NCBI GenBank assembly: GCA_963817385.1
Contig: CAWFOM010000005.1
Location: forward strand, 352,001-416,000
Direction of reading: 5' to 3'
Length of the DNA: 64,000 bases
DNA from: an uncultured delta proteobacterium
GTDB lineage: Bacteria; Desulfobacterota; Syntrophia; Syntrophales; UBA5619
The first letter of the stretch is position 1. Each line of letters opens with the position of its first letter. Below are positions 1-10,745 of this stretch, in pieces. A model generated the notes under the pieces. That model searched no databases. It was not told where the DNA came from and saw only the letters and a list, made by a program, of their open reading frames with translations. A program made the position numbers and the translations under genes.

Positions 1-102
1 GTAGAAAAGTTTTCTAAACGGTCAGGGACATTTTTATGGTGGATGCGCTGGGCACGCTGGTCATGGGTCCATGACCGATGTGCATCCGGGAAGGAGGGGA
101 AA

Positions 103-873
103 GTGAATATCGTTGCGTGTGTAAAACAGGTTCCGGATACGGAAGCTCAGATCAAGGTGAAGCCGGACGGTTCGGGGATCGAAGAAGGCGGCATCAAATG
201 GGTCATGAATCCCTACGATGAGTTCGGTGTGGAGGAGTCCCTGAGGCTGAAAGAGAAAAACGGCGGTGATGTGACCATCGTCTCCCTCGGTCCGCAGCGG
301 GCGATGGAGACGATCAGAACGGCCCTGGCGATGGGCGCCGACAAGGGGATCCACATCTGTGATCCGGCCTTCGACGGCGCGGATGCGTATACGACCGCCT
401 CAGCCTTGGCGGCTGCCATCAAGGGGATTCCCCACGACATCATCTTCTGCGGCCAGCGCGCCATCGATGACGACTCCGCGCAGGTGGGCGCCGTTCTGGC
501 CGAACTGCTGGGGATTCCCCAGGTTACCGTGGTGACCAAACTGGAGTTTGCGGGAAACGCAATCAGGGTCATCCGGCCCATCGAAGGGGCTCAGCTCCTG
601 ATCGAATGCCCGCTGCCCTGCGTGGTGACGTGCCAGAAGGGGCTCAACGAGCCGCGTTACGCCTCTCTGCCGGGCATCATGAAGGCGAAGAAGAAACCCG
701 TCGATGTGAAGGATGCCGCCGCGCTTGGCGTGTCAACGGCGGTCAAGGCCAAGGTAGCCAGGTTTGTGCCGCCTCCGGCGAGAGCGGCAGGGAAGATCAT
801 CTGCGGCGACGATCCGGCAGCGAAGGCCGCGGAACTGGCCAGATTGCTCAGGGAAGAGGCGAAGGTCATTTAA
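103..873 (+). CDS. etfB: Electron transfer flavoprotein beta subunit
   Basis: CVKQVPD, NPYDE, ALAMGAD, GQRAIDDD and NEPRY motifs; GTG start at 103 after RBS AAGGAGG (91-97). Confidence 0.97.
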   Translation: MNIVACVKQVPDTEAQIKVKPDGSGIEEGGIKWVMNPYDEFGVEESLRLKEKNGGDVTIVSLGPQRAMETIRTALAMGADKGIHICDPAFDGADAYTTASALAAAIKGIPHDIIFCGQRAIDDDSAQVGAVLAELLGIPQVTVVTKLEFAGNAIRVIRPIEGAQLLIECPLPCVVTCQKGLNEPRYASLPGIMKAKKKPVDVKDAAALGVSTAVKAKVARFVPPPARAAGKIICGDDPAAKAAELARLLREEAKVI

Positions 874-908
874 TCAGCTACTTGTTCTCATGACGGAGGA
901 TAACGGAC

Positions 909-1886
909 ATGGCAAAAGGTGTATGGATCGTTGCAGAACAGCGGGACGGCGTCTTCCGCAAGATCAGTTACGAATTGGCCAGCACGGCCCGGAAGCTTGC
1001 GGATCAGCTCGGTGAAGAGGTGTGCGCCGTCCTCTGCGGCTCGGGTATCGAGGGAATCGCCGGGCAATTGGGAAAATACGGTGTCGATAAGGTTTTCGTG
1101 GCGGACAATCCCGCCCTCGACCCTTATACAACGGATGCTCATGCAGCGGCGGTGGCGAAGGTGGTAAAGGAGAATGAACCGGCCATCCTGCTTTTGGGTG
1201 CCTCCACCCAGGGGAAGGACCTTGCCGGCCGACTGGTGGGGAAGCTCGCGACAGGCCTCGCGACCGACTGCACGGATGTGAAGATTGTCGACGGGAAGCT
1301 TCTGGCCGTCCGGCCGATGTACGCGGGCAAGTGCTTCGGCGAGATCGCGATCTCTTCCTTCCCGCAGATGGCGACGCTCAGGCCGAACGTCTTTCCCGCC
1401 GTGGAGAATCCCCGGACCGGGGCCGTCGTGAAATTTGATCCGGCTCTCGATGCGGGACAGCTCAAGACGAAGGTCATTGAGGTTCAGAAGGATGCCAGCG
1501 GCAAGGTGGATCTGACGGAAGCCAACATCATCGTGACCGGCGGGCGCGGCATGAAGGGCCCGGAAGGGTATGCCATCCTGGAAGAGCTGGCGGCGGTTCT
1601 CGGCGCCACCGTCGGCGCCTCCCGCGCGGCGGTCGATGCGGGCTGGCGGCCCCAGTCGGACCAGGTGGGACAGACCGGAAAGATCGTTTCAGCAAACCTC
1701 TATATCGCCTGTGGAGTCTCCGGCGCCATCCAGCATCTGGCCGGGATGAGCTCTTCCAAATTTATCGTGGCTGTCAACAAGGATGCCGAGGCCCCCATCT
1801 TCACCAAGGCGGATTACGGAGTCGTAGACGATCTCTTCAAGATTATTCCTGAATTCACGAAAGAGTGCAAGAAATTGCTCGCTTAG
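909..1886 (+). CDS. etfA: Electron transfer flavoprotein alpha subunit
   Basis: [34 protein letters not shown] and NKDAEAPIF motifs. Confidence 0.97.
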   Translation: MAKGVWIVAEQRDGVFRKISYELASTARKLADQLGEEVCAVLCGSGIEGIAGQLGKYGVDKVFVADNPALDPYTTDAHAAAVAKVVKENEPAILLLGASTQGKDLAGRLVGKLATGLATDCTDVKIVDGKLLAVRPMYAGKCFGEIAISSFPQMATLRPNVFPAVENPRTGAVVKFDPALDAGQLKTKVIEVQKDASGKVDLTEANIIVTGGRGMKGPEGYAILEELAAVLGATVGASRAAVDAGWRPQSDQVGQTGKIVSANLYIACGVSGAIQHLAGMSSSKFIVAVNKDAEAPIFTKADYGVVDDLFKIIPEFTKECKKLLA

Positions 1887-1889
1887 AGA

Positions 1890-1930
1890 ACCGGGGACAG
1901 CGCACTTAGGTCAAGGGGTGCTGTTCCGGT
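1890..1930 (+). terminator. Hairpin downstream of etfA (terminator or RNA stability element)
   Basis: accgg-ggacagcgc...gtgctgtt-ccggt inverted repeat right after the stop; no clear U-tract. Confidence 0.35.
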
Positions 1931-1931
1931 A

Positions 1932-2050
1932 TTGAAGCTATCCTTGAGCAAACTGCGGAGAATCTTCGATCCTTACGGGGAATAAACCAGTTCGTCTATG
2001 CACGCTTACCCCGCGGCAAGCCGTGGGGAATGCGCTCGCCGGCGAATTCA
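1932..2050. repeat. REP-like / miniature palindromic element
   Basis: Ends TGAA...TTCA; strong hairpin CCCCGCGGC-AA-GCCGTGGGG (2009-2028) and a degenerate copy near 1942-1960. Confidence 0.5.
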
Positions 2051-2151
2051 GACCATAGCCGTTTGCGGGCATCCCACTGCGGGGGGAGGGAGAGGGGTTA
2101 TGGAACATGTCGCATTTTCGGTCGGAAATGAAGGAAGGCAGGTCTTCTGGA

Positions 2152-4316
2152 ATGCCGAGTCATTTTGAGCCGATCCTCTTTCTCCTGACGGCGGTCGCCC
2201 TTGTCATCTTCGCCTATGGCGTCTACCGACGATGGCAGCTGTGGGTTGTCCTCGGCAAACCGGAAACGCGTCTGGACCAATTGGGCACGAGGATCAAGGC
2301 GCTCCTGATGAACGGGCTCGTCCAGTGGAAGACCTTCAGCGACCCCTATCCCGGGATCATGCACGGCCTGATCTTCTTCGGTTTTTTCGTCCTTTTCTTC
2401 GGGGCGGCGTTCGACGCCACCGAGTTCCACATTGCGGAGCCTCTCGGCTGGGCCTTTCTGCGGGGGACTACCTATATCGTTTTTTCCTTCCTGATGGATC
2501 TGTTCGGCGTGGCTGTGCTGATCGGCGTGCTCCTGGCCCTCTATCGGCGGTACATCCAGCGGCCCGACCGCCTCGGCTATCAGGGAAAGCCGGACAACAC
2601 CCCGGATGACCTGATTGTGCTTCTGCTCATCCTCGGGATCATCGTGACCGGCTTCATCATTGAGGCCCTCCGGATCCGCGTTACCGCTCCCCCCTGGGAG
2701 GTCTGGTCCTTCGGCGGCTGGTATCTGGCCAAGACATTGGGCGGCATCGATCCTCTGCAGGCGAAGATCCTCCACAAGATCACGTGGTGGACCCATGCCG
2801 TCATCTCACTGGGATTCATCGCCTACATCCCCTACTCAAGGCTGATGCACATCATCACGACCCCCGCCAACCACTTCATGGTCTCGCTGAAGCCCGCTGG
2901 TTCCAGCGAGCCGATCCGGGATTTCGAGACGGCGGAGTCCTTCGGCGTCGGGAAACTCGAGGAATTTACCCGGAAGCAGATCTTCGATTCCGATGCCTGC
3001 ACGCGTTGCGGGCGTTGTCAGGACGGCTGTCCCGCCTATCTCTCCGGAAAGCCGCTTTCACCGAAGAAAGTTATCCAGGATCTCAAGACCTATTGGCTTG
3101 CGCAGGCGCCCGCGGCCGTTGCGGCAAAGCGGGAGGCTAAAGGCGCTGCGGCGGAACGGGAGCAAGCGTCGGGAAAAACATTCTCATGAGGACCCTCGAG
3201 GGCATGGATCGTCTTGTCGATGCCGCGGTGAAGGGGGCGCCTCACGGAGCGGCGCCGGCCGAGAAGGTTCTGGTCGGCGAAGTGATCGATCTCCATGAGC
3301 TCTGGGCGTGCACAAACTGCATGTACTGCATGGAGCACTGCTCGGCCTCGATCGAACACGTTCCCAAGATCGTCGGGATGCGGCAGTACAAGGTCCTCAC
3401 GGAGGCGGATTTCGCCCCGGAACTCCAGCTCACCTACCGGAATATGGAGAACAACTCCAACCCCTGGGGCATCGGCTCCCACCTCCGGGCGGACTGGGCG
3501 AAAGAGCTCGGGATCAAGACCCTCGCCGAAGACCCCCAGGCGGAGTATCTCTTCTATGTGGGCTGCTCCGGATCGTTCGACGACCGCGGGAAGAAGGTCT
3601 CCGCGGCCTTCGCCAAGATCCTCAAGGCAGCGGGGATCAGCTTCGGCATCCTCGGGACCGAGGAGGGGTGCTGCGGCGATTCCGCCATGCGGGGCGGCAA
3701 CGAATATCTCTACCAGACCCTGGCCCAGGCGAATATCGAGGTGATGAAGCGCTACGACGTGAAGAAGATCATCGCCACCTGTCCCCACGGCTACAACGCC
3801 CTGAAGAAGGACTATCCCCATTTCGGCGGCCAGTTCGAGGTATATCACCACACGGAGATCATCGCCGAGCTGATCGCGCAGGGGAAAATCACGCTCAAAA
3901 AACCGGTCGTGGGCCTTGCCGCCTACCACGATTCCTGCTTCCTCGGCCGGTACAACGCGATCTATGACCAGCCTCGCCGGATCCTCTCGGCCGTTCCCGG
4001 CCTGAAACTCACGGAGCTGGAGCGGAACCGCGCCAAGAGCTTCTGCTGCGGCGCCGGCGGGGCCAGGATGTGGATGGAGGAGGATATCGGCGAACGGATC
4101 AACGACATGCGGACGGATCAGGCGATTGCCGCGGGGGCCGATACGATCGCCGTAGGCTGTCCCTTCTGTCTCACCATGCTCTCCGACGGGATCAAGGACC
4201 GTAAGAAGGAGGAGACCATGGCGGCCCTCGACATCGCGGAGATCGTCTGGCGGGCGATGGACTTGGAGGAGGAGAAGCCTCCGGTGGACGTCTGCGCGGC
4301 GCCGCCGACCTCCTGA
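2152..4316 (+). CDS. Membrane-bound Fe-S oxidoreductase (NarI-like TM domain + 2x[4Fe-4S] + 2 CCG domains; ETF:quinone oxidoreductase-like), split at ~3180
   Basis: ORF 2107-3189: multiple TM helices with His residues and CTRCGRCQDGCP; ORF 3186-4316: CTNCMYCMEHC, EEGCCG, SFCCGAGG, GCPFC; follows etfBA. Confidence 0.88.
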
Positions 4317-4460
4317 CGCCGATCGCTTCTCCGGGTTAATCCTGCCGGGCTGTTCTTGACCGGCGTATCGTTCGTGTTTCCGATGCTTGTGCGCGTGAGG
4401 ATTTTCCGGAAGCGTTCGCTGACAACATATCGGTAAAAAAAGAAGGGAGAGTAGACGAGA

Positions 4461-6150
4461 ATGGTTGAGACAAGGTATCTGGAGAAACCGTGGCTGAAGT
4501 CCTACGAAAAGGGTGTGCCGGAGTATGTCAAGTATGAAGAGATCTGTATGCCGGATATCCTGGACAGGACGGCGAAGCAGTTCACCGACAAACCGGCCAT
4601 CATCTTTCAGGGGACGATCGTCAGCTATGGAGAGCTCAAGGAGATGGTGGACCGTTTTGCCGCCTGCCTGGCCGATTTCGGCGTCAAGAAGGGGGATGCC
4701 GTGGCGATCCTCCTGCCCAACATCATCCCCTGCGTCGCGGCCTATTACGCGATCCTGAAGATCGGGGCGATCACGGTGATGAATAACCCCCTCTATTCGG
4801 ATCCGGAGCTGGAGCACCAGTTCAACGATTCCGGCGCCAAGGTCCTGATCACCCTCGATGTCCTCGCCAACCGGATGATCGATCTGCGGCCGAAGACGAA
4901 GATCAAACAGATCGTCACCACCTGCATCGGGGATTACCTTCCCGCCGTCAAGCGCGTTCTGGGAAGATGGCTCAAGAAATACCCCTTCGGCGAGGTCAAG
5001 GCCGCCCCGGATCTCTACGAATGGAAGGCGTGTCTCCGGAAATACGGCCCCAACCCGCCGGCGGTGAAGTGCGACTTCGAGGGGGTCGCCATGTACCAGT
5101 ACACCGGCGGCACGACCGGCGTCTCCAAGGGGGTCATGCTGACCCACGCGAACCTGAGCAAACAGGTCCAGCAGATCGAGGCGTGGTTTCCCAAGTTCGG
5201 GAAGGGCGGCGAGATTCATCCTCGGCGCGCTCCCCTATTTTCATGTCTTCGGTCTGTCCACCACCATGAATTATTCCATCTACATGGGCTGGACGCAGGT
5301 CCTTGTCCCCCGGCCCCAGCCGGAGCCCCTCCTGGAGGCGATCCGGAACTTCCGGCCCACCTTCACGCCGCTCGTGCCGACGATGTACATCGGGATGCTG
5401 AACCATCCGGATCTCAAAAAGACGGACATGAGCAGCATCAAGGGGGCCTTCTCCGGGAGCGCGCCGCTGCCGGTCGAGGTGATCCATGAATTCGAGAAGG
5501 ACACCGGGGCGGTCATCGTCGAAGGCTTCGGGATGACGGAGACGACGCCGGTGACCCATATCAATCCCTTCGCCGGCGGAGCGCGGAAGGTGGGAAGCAT
5601 CGGCCTGCCGATCTCCGACACCCTGGCCCGGATCGTGGATCTGGAGGACGAGGTGACGGACGTTCCCGTGGGCGAGCGGGGAGAACTGATCGTCAAGGGC
5701 CCCCAGGTGATGCTCGGCTACAAGGATAGGCCGGATGAGACGGCCAAGACCCTCCGCGACGGTTGGTGCTACACGGGTGACATCGCCACGATGGATGAGG
5801 AGGGCTATTTCTACATCGTCGATCGGAAGAAGGATATGATTATCTCCGGCGGCTTCAACGTCTATCCGCGGGATATCGATGAGGTCTTCTACCTCCATCC
5901 CAAGGTCCAGGAGGCGTGTGCGATCGGCGTCCCCCATCCGGTTCGGGGGGAGAGCGTGAAGGTCTTCGTCGTCCTGAAGGAAGGGATGACGGCGACCCAG
6001 GAGGAGCTGATCGAGTACTGCAAGACGCGGCTTGCCACCTACAAGCTCCCGACGGAGATCGAATTCCGGAAGGAACTGCCCAAGACGAACGTCGGCAAAG
6101 TCCTCCGGAAACAGCTCCGGGCGGAGGAATTGGAGAAGCGGAAGAAGTAA
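4461..6150 (+). CDS. fadD: Long-chain fatty acid--CoA ligase (one +1 frameshift near 5215)
   Basis: YTGGTTGVSKG, EGFGMTE, TGDIA, DRKKD and LPKTNVGK motifs spread over ORFs 4461-5489 and 5266-6150. Confidence 0.92.
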
Positions 6151-6213
6151 CTTCTTATCAATGCCTTAAACAAACCCGTTTTTTGTCATGGCACTGGGGA
6201 GAGTTTTTACAAC

Positions 6214-7005
6214 ATGATCGAAAATCGAGTCAAGCGCGTATGGCGGGAAGGAGGTCTTGCCCTTGGCGCCTACAGCGGCAGCTTCGGCACACCTTCCATG
6301 GTAGAGATCATCGGGCTTGCGGGATTTGACGCAGTCTTCATCGATCTGGAGCACTTTCCTTTCGATCTCCGTGACGTGCACATGATGGTGCTCGTGGCTG
6401 AACGTATGGGCATAACCCCCATCGTCCGGACCCCCGGCTTCGATCCTGCCTTTGTACTGAGGTTGTTGGACATGGGCGTCCAGGGCATCTACCTCCCCCA
6501 CATCGATGGCGCGGAGGCTGCCCGAAAGGCTGTGCAGGCCGTCTACTATCCTCCCTTGGGCGACCGGGGGATGATGGGGGCCAGTCGGGTTGCCCAATAC
6601 GGGAAAATACCTCTTGACCAGCATATGGAACAGTGCAACCGGGAAGTGCTGCTGGCCGTAATGATCGAGGATCTGAAGGCTCTCGATGAGATCGACGAAA
6701 TCGCCGCCATCAAGGGGGTGGACCTCATCGTCGTGGGACCGACTGACATGACGAGGGCGCTGGGAATAACCGGCCAGCCCAATCATCCTAAACTGGTGGC
6801 TGTCATGGAGCGGGTTGCCGAGGCGGTGCGGAAAAGCAACAACGCCCGACTCTCTCTGGCGACAGGGTATGCGCTGTTCCCTCGGACCATTAGGCAATTG
6901 AGGGACATGGGTGTCAGCTACACCAACGTAGCCCCCAACCCTGATGTACGGCTTTTGAAATCTCTCTCGCAGAATGTTGCCGATTTACGCAAGGAGCTGG
7001 CGTAG
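6214..7005 (+). CDS. HpcH/HpaI aldolase family protein
   Basis: FIDLEH, LLDMGVQGI, YPPLGDRG, MIED and VGPTD motifs. Confidence 0.9.
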   Translation: MIENRVKRVWREGGLALGAYSGSFGTPSMVEIIGLAGFDAVFIDLEHFPFDLRDVHMMVLVAERMGITPIVRTPGFDPAFVLRLLDMGVQGIYLPHIDGAEAARKAVQAVYYPPLGDRGMMGASRVAQYGKIPLDQHMEQCNREVLLAVMIEDLKALDEIDEIAAIKGVDLIVVGPTDMTRALGITGQPNHPKLVAVMERVAEAVRKSNNARLSLATGYALFPRTIRQLRDMGVSYTNVAPNPDVRLLKSLSQNVADLRKELA

Positions 7006-7019
7006 GAGCCTCCTACCCG

Positions 7020-7330
7020 ATGCTCGAAGACGCCGATGGCCTGATGGTGAGCAGTACGCCGCGCACGCCGGAAGATTTCGCCAAGGCGAAGAAATTGAGA
7101 GTTGTCTCGAAGCAGGGCGTCAACGCCATCGATCTGGGGGCGGCCAAAGCACCTGGAGTCATGATCTTCAACAACCCGGCGTGAACAGCGAGGCGGTTGC
7201 CGAAATGAGTCTTGCCTTGCCCCTTGCGGTGACAATCCCCTTGACATACCAGTCGGCCCATCATATATTCCCGCCGCAGAAAAGCACGTTCTCATCAATG
7301 TAATCAATGAAGCGAGAGGAGAGGCAGTAC
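7020..7330 (+). pseudogene. Relic of a D-isomer-specific 2-hydroxyacid (phosphoglycerate) dehydrogenase
   Basis: Manual translation: LEDADGLMV...KLRVVSKQGVNAIDL, then PGVNSEAVAEMSLAL in another frame, then INEARG; the NAD-binding core is missing. Confidence 0.75.
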
Positions 7331-7400
7331 GCTGTCGGCCCATCAACGATAAGCGCCCTGGCTGGTTTATCGAGACCCGGCCCATTACGGTCGTGGAGGA

Positions 7401-7937
7401 ATGGCGCAGAGTGAGGTCGGCGTGCATCTTGGCACTCCTGACCGAATCGGGAGTTTCATCGTGCGAATTGTGTATTTGGTTATAGGATCGGCTTTCCTGG
7501 CCTTGAGCGTCTTCGTCATGGGTGGCGCCTTTGATTTGGAGTACTATACCCCGTTGGGCCCGGGGCCCGGTTTCTTTCCCTTCTGGTTGGCAGCTTGTCT
7601 TGCGTTCGTGACGATCCTGTGGCTTATTCAAGTTTATCGCAGGCCGAGCGAACCGCTGCCGGCAGGATTCTTCCCTGCCAAGGGTGCGGCCGTGCGACTC
7701 GCATCCATTCTGGGCATCCTCATACTATTTGTTGTCCTAGGCGAGTATTTGGGATTCCGGATAGCTATGCTTGGGTTTCTTTTGTTTCTCCTGTCGATAT
7801 TGGGACACCGGTCTGTACTCGTGGTTATCGCCGTGGCCCTTGCCGGTAGTTTCGGTGCGTACTATCTTTTTCACGACGTGATGAGCGTTCACCTGCCTCT
7901 GGCGTCCATCGAATTCTTGAAAAAACTTGGATTGTAG
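7401..7937 (+). CDS. tctB: Tripartite tricarboxylate transporter small membrane subunit
   Basis: GPGPGFFP motif, 4-5 TM helices, C-terminal LP, precedes tctA. Confidence 0.88.
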   Translation: MAQSEVGVHLGTPDRIGSFIVRIVYLVIGSAFLALSVFVMGGAFDLEYYTPLGPGPGFFPFWLAACLAFVTILWLIQVYRRPSEPLPAGFFPAKGAAVRLASILGILILFVVLGEYLGFRIAMLGFLLFLLSILGHRSVLVVIAVALAGSFGAYYLFHDVMSVHLPLASIEFLKKLGL

Positions 7938-7946
7938 GAGAAGAAC

Positions 7947-9547
7947 ATGGATGCTTTTGCCGGCCTGATGAACGGCTTCGCCGCTGCATTGTCGCTGGAG
8001 AATCTGTATTACGCTTTTGTTGGGTCTATCATTGGAACCTTGGTTGGCATCCTGCCCGGGGTCGGCTCCGCAGCGGGGATGGCTATCCTTATCCCGCTTA
8101 CGTTCAAGCTGCCTGCGACCGGCGCCATCATCATGCTGTCCGCCATCTTCTATGGCAGCTATTACGGGGGCACAATAACCACCGTGCTCATGGGCGTGCC
8201 CGGCGAGAGCGCCTCTGCCATCACTCTCCTTGACGGGTACCAGATGGCCAAGCAGGGTCGAGGCGGCGCAGCACTCAGCGTTGCAGCCATTGGTTCATTC
8301 ATCGGCGGTACTTTTTCGGTCTTCGGGCTGGTCATCGCAGCCCCTGTCATGGTCAGGTTTGCACTGAAATTCGGCCCCACCGAGTTCTTCTCGCTCATGA
8401 TGGTGGCTACGGCGCTGCTTATGAGCCTTGCAGGCAAATCCATACTGAAGGCCTTGATGATGGGCCTCTTCGGCTTTCTCATTGGGACGGTCGGAATGGA
8501 CCCGGCCTTGGGCGCTCCTCGCTTCACCTTCGGTTCCACGGAGTTGATGGACGGTGTGAATTTCGTCCCGGTAGTCATGGGGCTCTTCGGACTCAGTGAG
8601 ATATTGACGAATATCGAGAACCCGGAGCAACAGGTATTCGAAACAAAAATGAGCTCTCTCGTCCCGTCTCAAACAGGACGTACGAGATTGCGCCGGGCCC
8701 GTGGTGCGGGGAACGGTGTCCGGCTTCCTTTTGGGCTTGATCCCAGGCACCACCCAAACGCTCGCCTCGATCTTATCCTACACCATGGAGGTAAAGGCAT
8801 CCAAGCATCCGGAGCGGTTCGGACATGGGGCTATCGAGGGTGTGGCAGGACCGGAGACGGCAAACAACTCTCACGCCAATGCCGCTCTTATACCCCTGTT
8901 TACCTTAGGCATTCCCGGTTCTCCGAGTATTGCGATACTACTGGGCGCCTTCATGATGAACGGCCTGGCGCCGGGTCCTTTGCTTTTTATGGAGCATGCG
9001 GATCTTGCTTGGACGGTGATCGCGAGTTTCTTCATCGGCAATTTGATGCTGCTCATACTGAATCTTCCGGTCATCCCCCTGTGGGTGAAGACTTCTGAAA
9101 ATACCTTACTCGATCCTATTGGGGCTGATTATGACATTCATGATCATCGGCTCTTACAGCCTTTCCAACAGCATGTTCGACGTAGGTACGCTCATTCTGT
9201 TTGGCGTGCTGGGATACGCGTTCAGAAAGGCTGACTTTCCGCTCGCACCCGCCGCGATGACCCTCATTCTGGGACCGTTAATAGAGAAGAAGCTGCGGCT
9301 GGCCCTGGAACTGAGCGCCGGGGACTTCAGTGTGTTCGTGACGAGTCCGGTCTCTGCGATATTGCTTGCGTTGACTGCGATCATCATCCTGCGGCCGATG
9401 ATTCGGATCCTGATAGCGAAAATTCGCGGATCGACGGTGAGCGGCGGTGTCGGAGGAATAGAGACGTATGAACCGTCAGAGAACGAAACAGCTTACAATG
9501 TGAAGGTACAATTGTTAGTCCACGATTTCATGGGACTTATCATTTAA
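7947..9547 (+). CDS. tctA: Tripartite tricarboxylate transporter large permease (two +1 frameshifts, ~8680 and ~9095)
   Basis: GILPGVG, YYGG, PGES, GPETANN and LGIPGS motifs over three consecutive ORFs. Confidence 0.9.
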
Positions 9548-9573
9548 CCGTTAACCAAGAAAGGGGGAACTGT

Positions 9574-10557
9574 ATGTATTTGAAAAAGACGTTTATCATC
9601 AGTCTATCGTTAGCGTCCTGTCTATCCCTTGGGGTTTTTGGGTACGCTGCGGACAAGAAGGTGAACTACCCGGAGAAGGGCAGGACGATCACGATGCTCA
9701 ATGGGAGCGGTGTTGGCGGAGCCTCGGACCTGTTCTCCCGGCTGTTGGCCAGGTGCATGGAAAAGGAGTTGGGAACGAACATTGAGGTTGTCAATAAGCC
9801 GGGCGCCGGCACGCAACACGCGCTGCAGGCCGCGAGCACGGCCAAGCCGGACGGCTATACCGTCGTTCAAACCGCCTTGCCGACGGGAATCATGCTCTAT
9901 CTCGATCCGCAGAAGAAGGCCCAATTCGACGGCAAGAGCTTTAGTCCGATCAGTATGCAGGCCTCCGATCCGGGGGCGACGGCAGTGAGGGCCAATAGTA
10001 CGTACAAGACGATGAAGGACCTTATTGATGCTGCGAAGGCGAACCCCGGGAAAATCAAGTTCGGCGCCGGGACGAAGGCCACTCGCCAGCACCTCGACTG
10101 CGTTCGGTTAGAGCAAGCGACCGGAGCCAAGTTCCAGCAGGTGCATGCCGGCAGTGATGCTAACCCGGTCGTCATGCTGGTCGGGGGGCACCTCGACGTA
10201 GTGCAGGAGAGCGTTGGGGACTTCGAAAATCTCGTGAGGAGTGGGGAGCTTCGTATCCTCGGCGTCTGGGACGATAAAGAGAGCCCGATGGCGCCGGGAG
10301 TCAAGACGATGAAGGCGCAGGGATACGATCTCATCTCCGGCGCCTCTCGTGGGTTGGCGGCGCCGGCCGGAACTCCCAACGAGATTATCAAAGCTCTGGA
10401 CGAGGCGGTCAGGAAGGCGATGGGTACGGCGGAATTCAAAGAGGGTATGGCGAAGTTGAAGCAGCCGGTACGCTATATGAACCAAACTGATTATATTGCC
10501 TACTGGAAGGATATGGAAGCCACGATAAGGCCGCTCATGCCGTTAGTGCTGAAGTAG
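9574..10557 (+). CDS. tctC: Tripartite tricarboxylate transporter substrate-binding protein (Bug/TctC)
   Basis: Signal peptide; YP, GGASD, NKPGAG, KPDGYT and APAGTP motifs. Confidence 0.9.
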   Translation: MYLKKTFIISLSLASCLSLGVFGYAADKKVNYPEKGRTITMLNGSGVGGASDLFSRLLARCMEKELGTNIEVVNKPGAGTQHALQAASTAKPDGYTVVQTALPTGIMLYLDPQKKAQFDGKSFSPISMQASDPGATAVRANSTYKTMKDLIDAAKANPGKIKFGAGTKATRQHLDCVRLEQATGAKFQQVHAGSDANPVVMLVGGHLDVVQESVGDFENLVRSGELRILGVWDDKESPMAPGVKTMKAQGYDLISGASRGLAAPAGTPNEIIKALDEAVRKAMGTAEFKEGMAKLKQPVRYMNQTDYIAYWKDMEATIRPLMPLVLK

Positions 10558-10605
10558 GAACGCCCGAGCCGATCACGGGGAAGAGGATGCGGCGATGATG
10601 TTTGC

Positions 10606-10732
10606 CTATTTTCCGATAAACGACGGTTTTCTCTTCTCCAAAAAGGCTTTCATCCCCTCCTTCTGGTCGTCGGTGCTGAAGCACTGGGCGCAGCACTCCG
10701 CCTCGATCCGGCAGGCGTTGTCCAGGGATCAT
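10606..10732 (-). pseudogene. Enoyl-CoA hydratase (crotonase) relic: RBS and start joined to the last ~40 codons
   Basis: Minus strand reads SLDNACRIEAECCAQCFSTDDQKEGMKAFLEKRKPSFIGK*, the typical crotonase C-terminus; AAGGAG and ATG lie immediately upstream, out of frame. Confidence 0.8.
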
Positions 10733-10745
10733 CTCACTCCTTTTC

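Noticed and set aside
3170..3189. Apparent natural split of the Fe-S oxidoreductase into two genes with an ATGA overlap
   Set aside because: One extra A in the AAAAA run joins the halves, there is no clear RBS, and the window has many indels; more likely an error.
3090..5219. 709-aa antisense ORF, and similar long shadow ORFs (10881-12263, 13378-14649, 15934-16977, 59657-61048)
   Set aside because: They lie opposite well-supported GC-rich genes and have no recognisable motifs; this is an expected codon-bias artefact.
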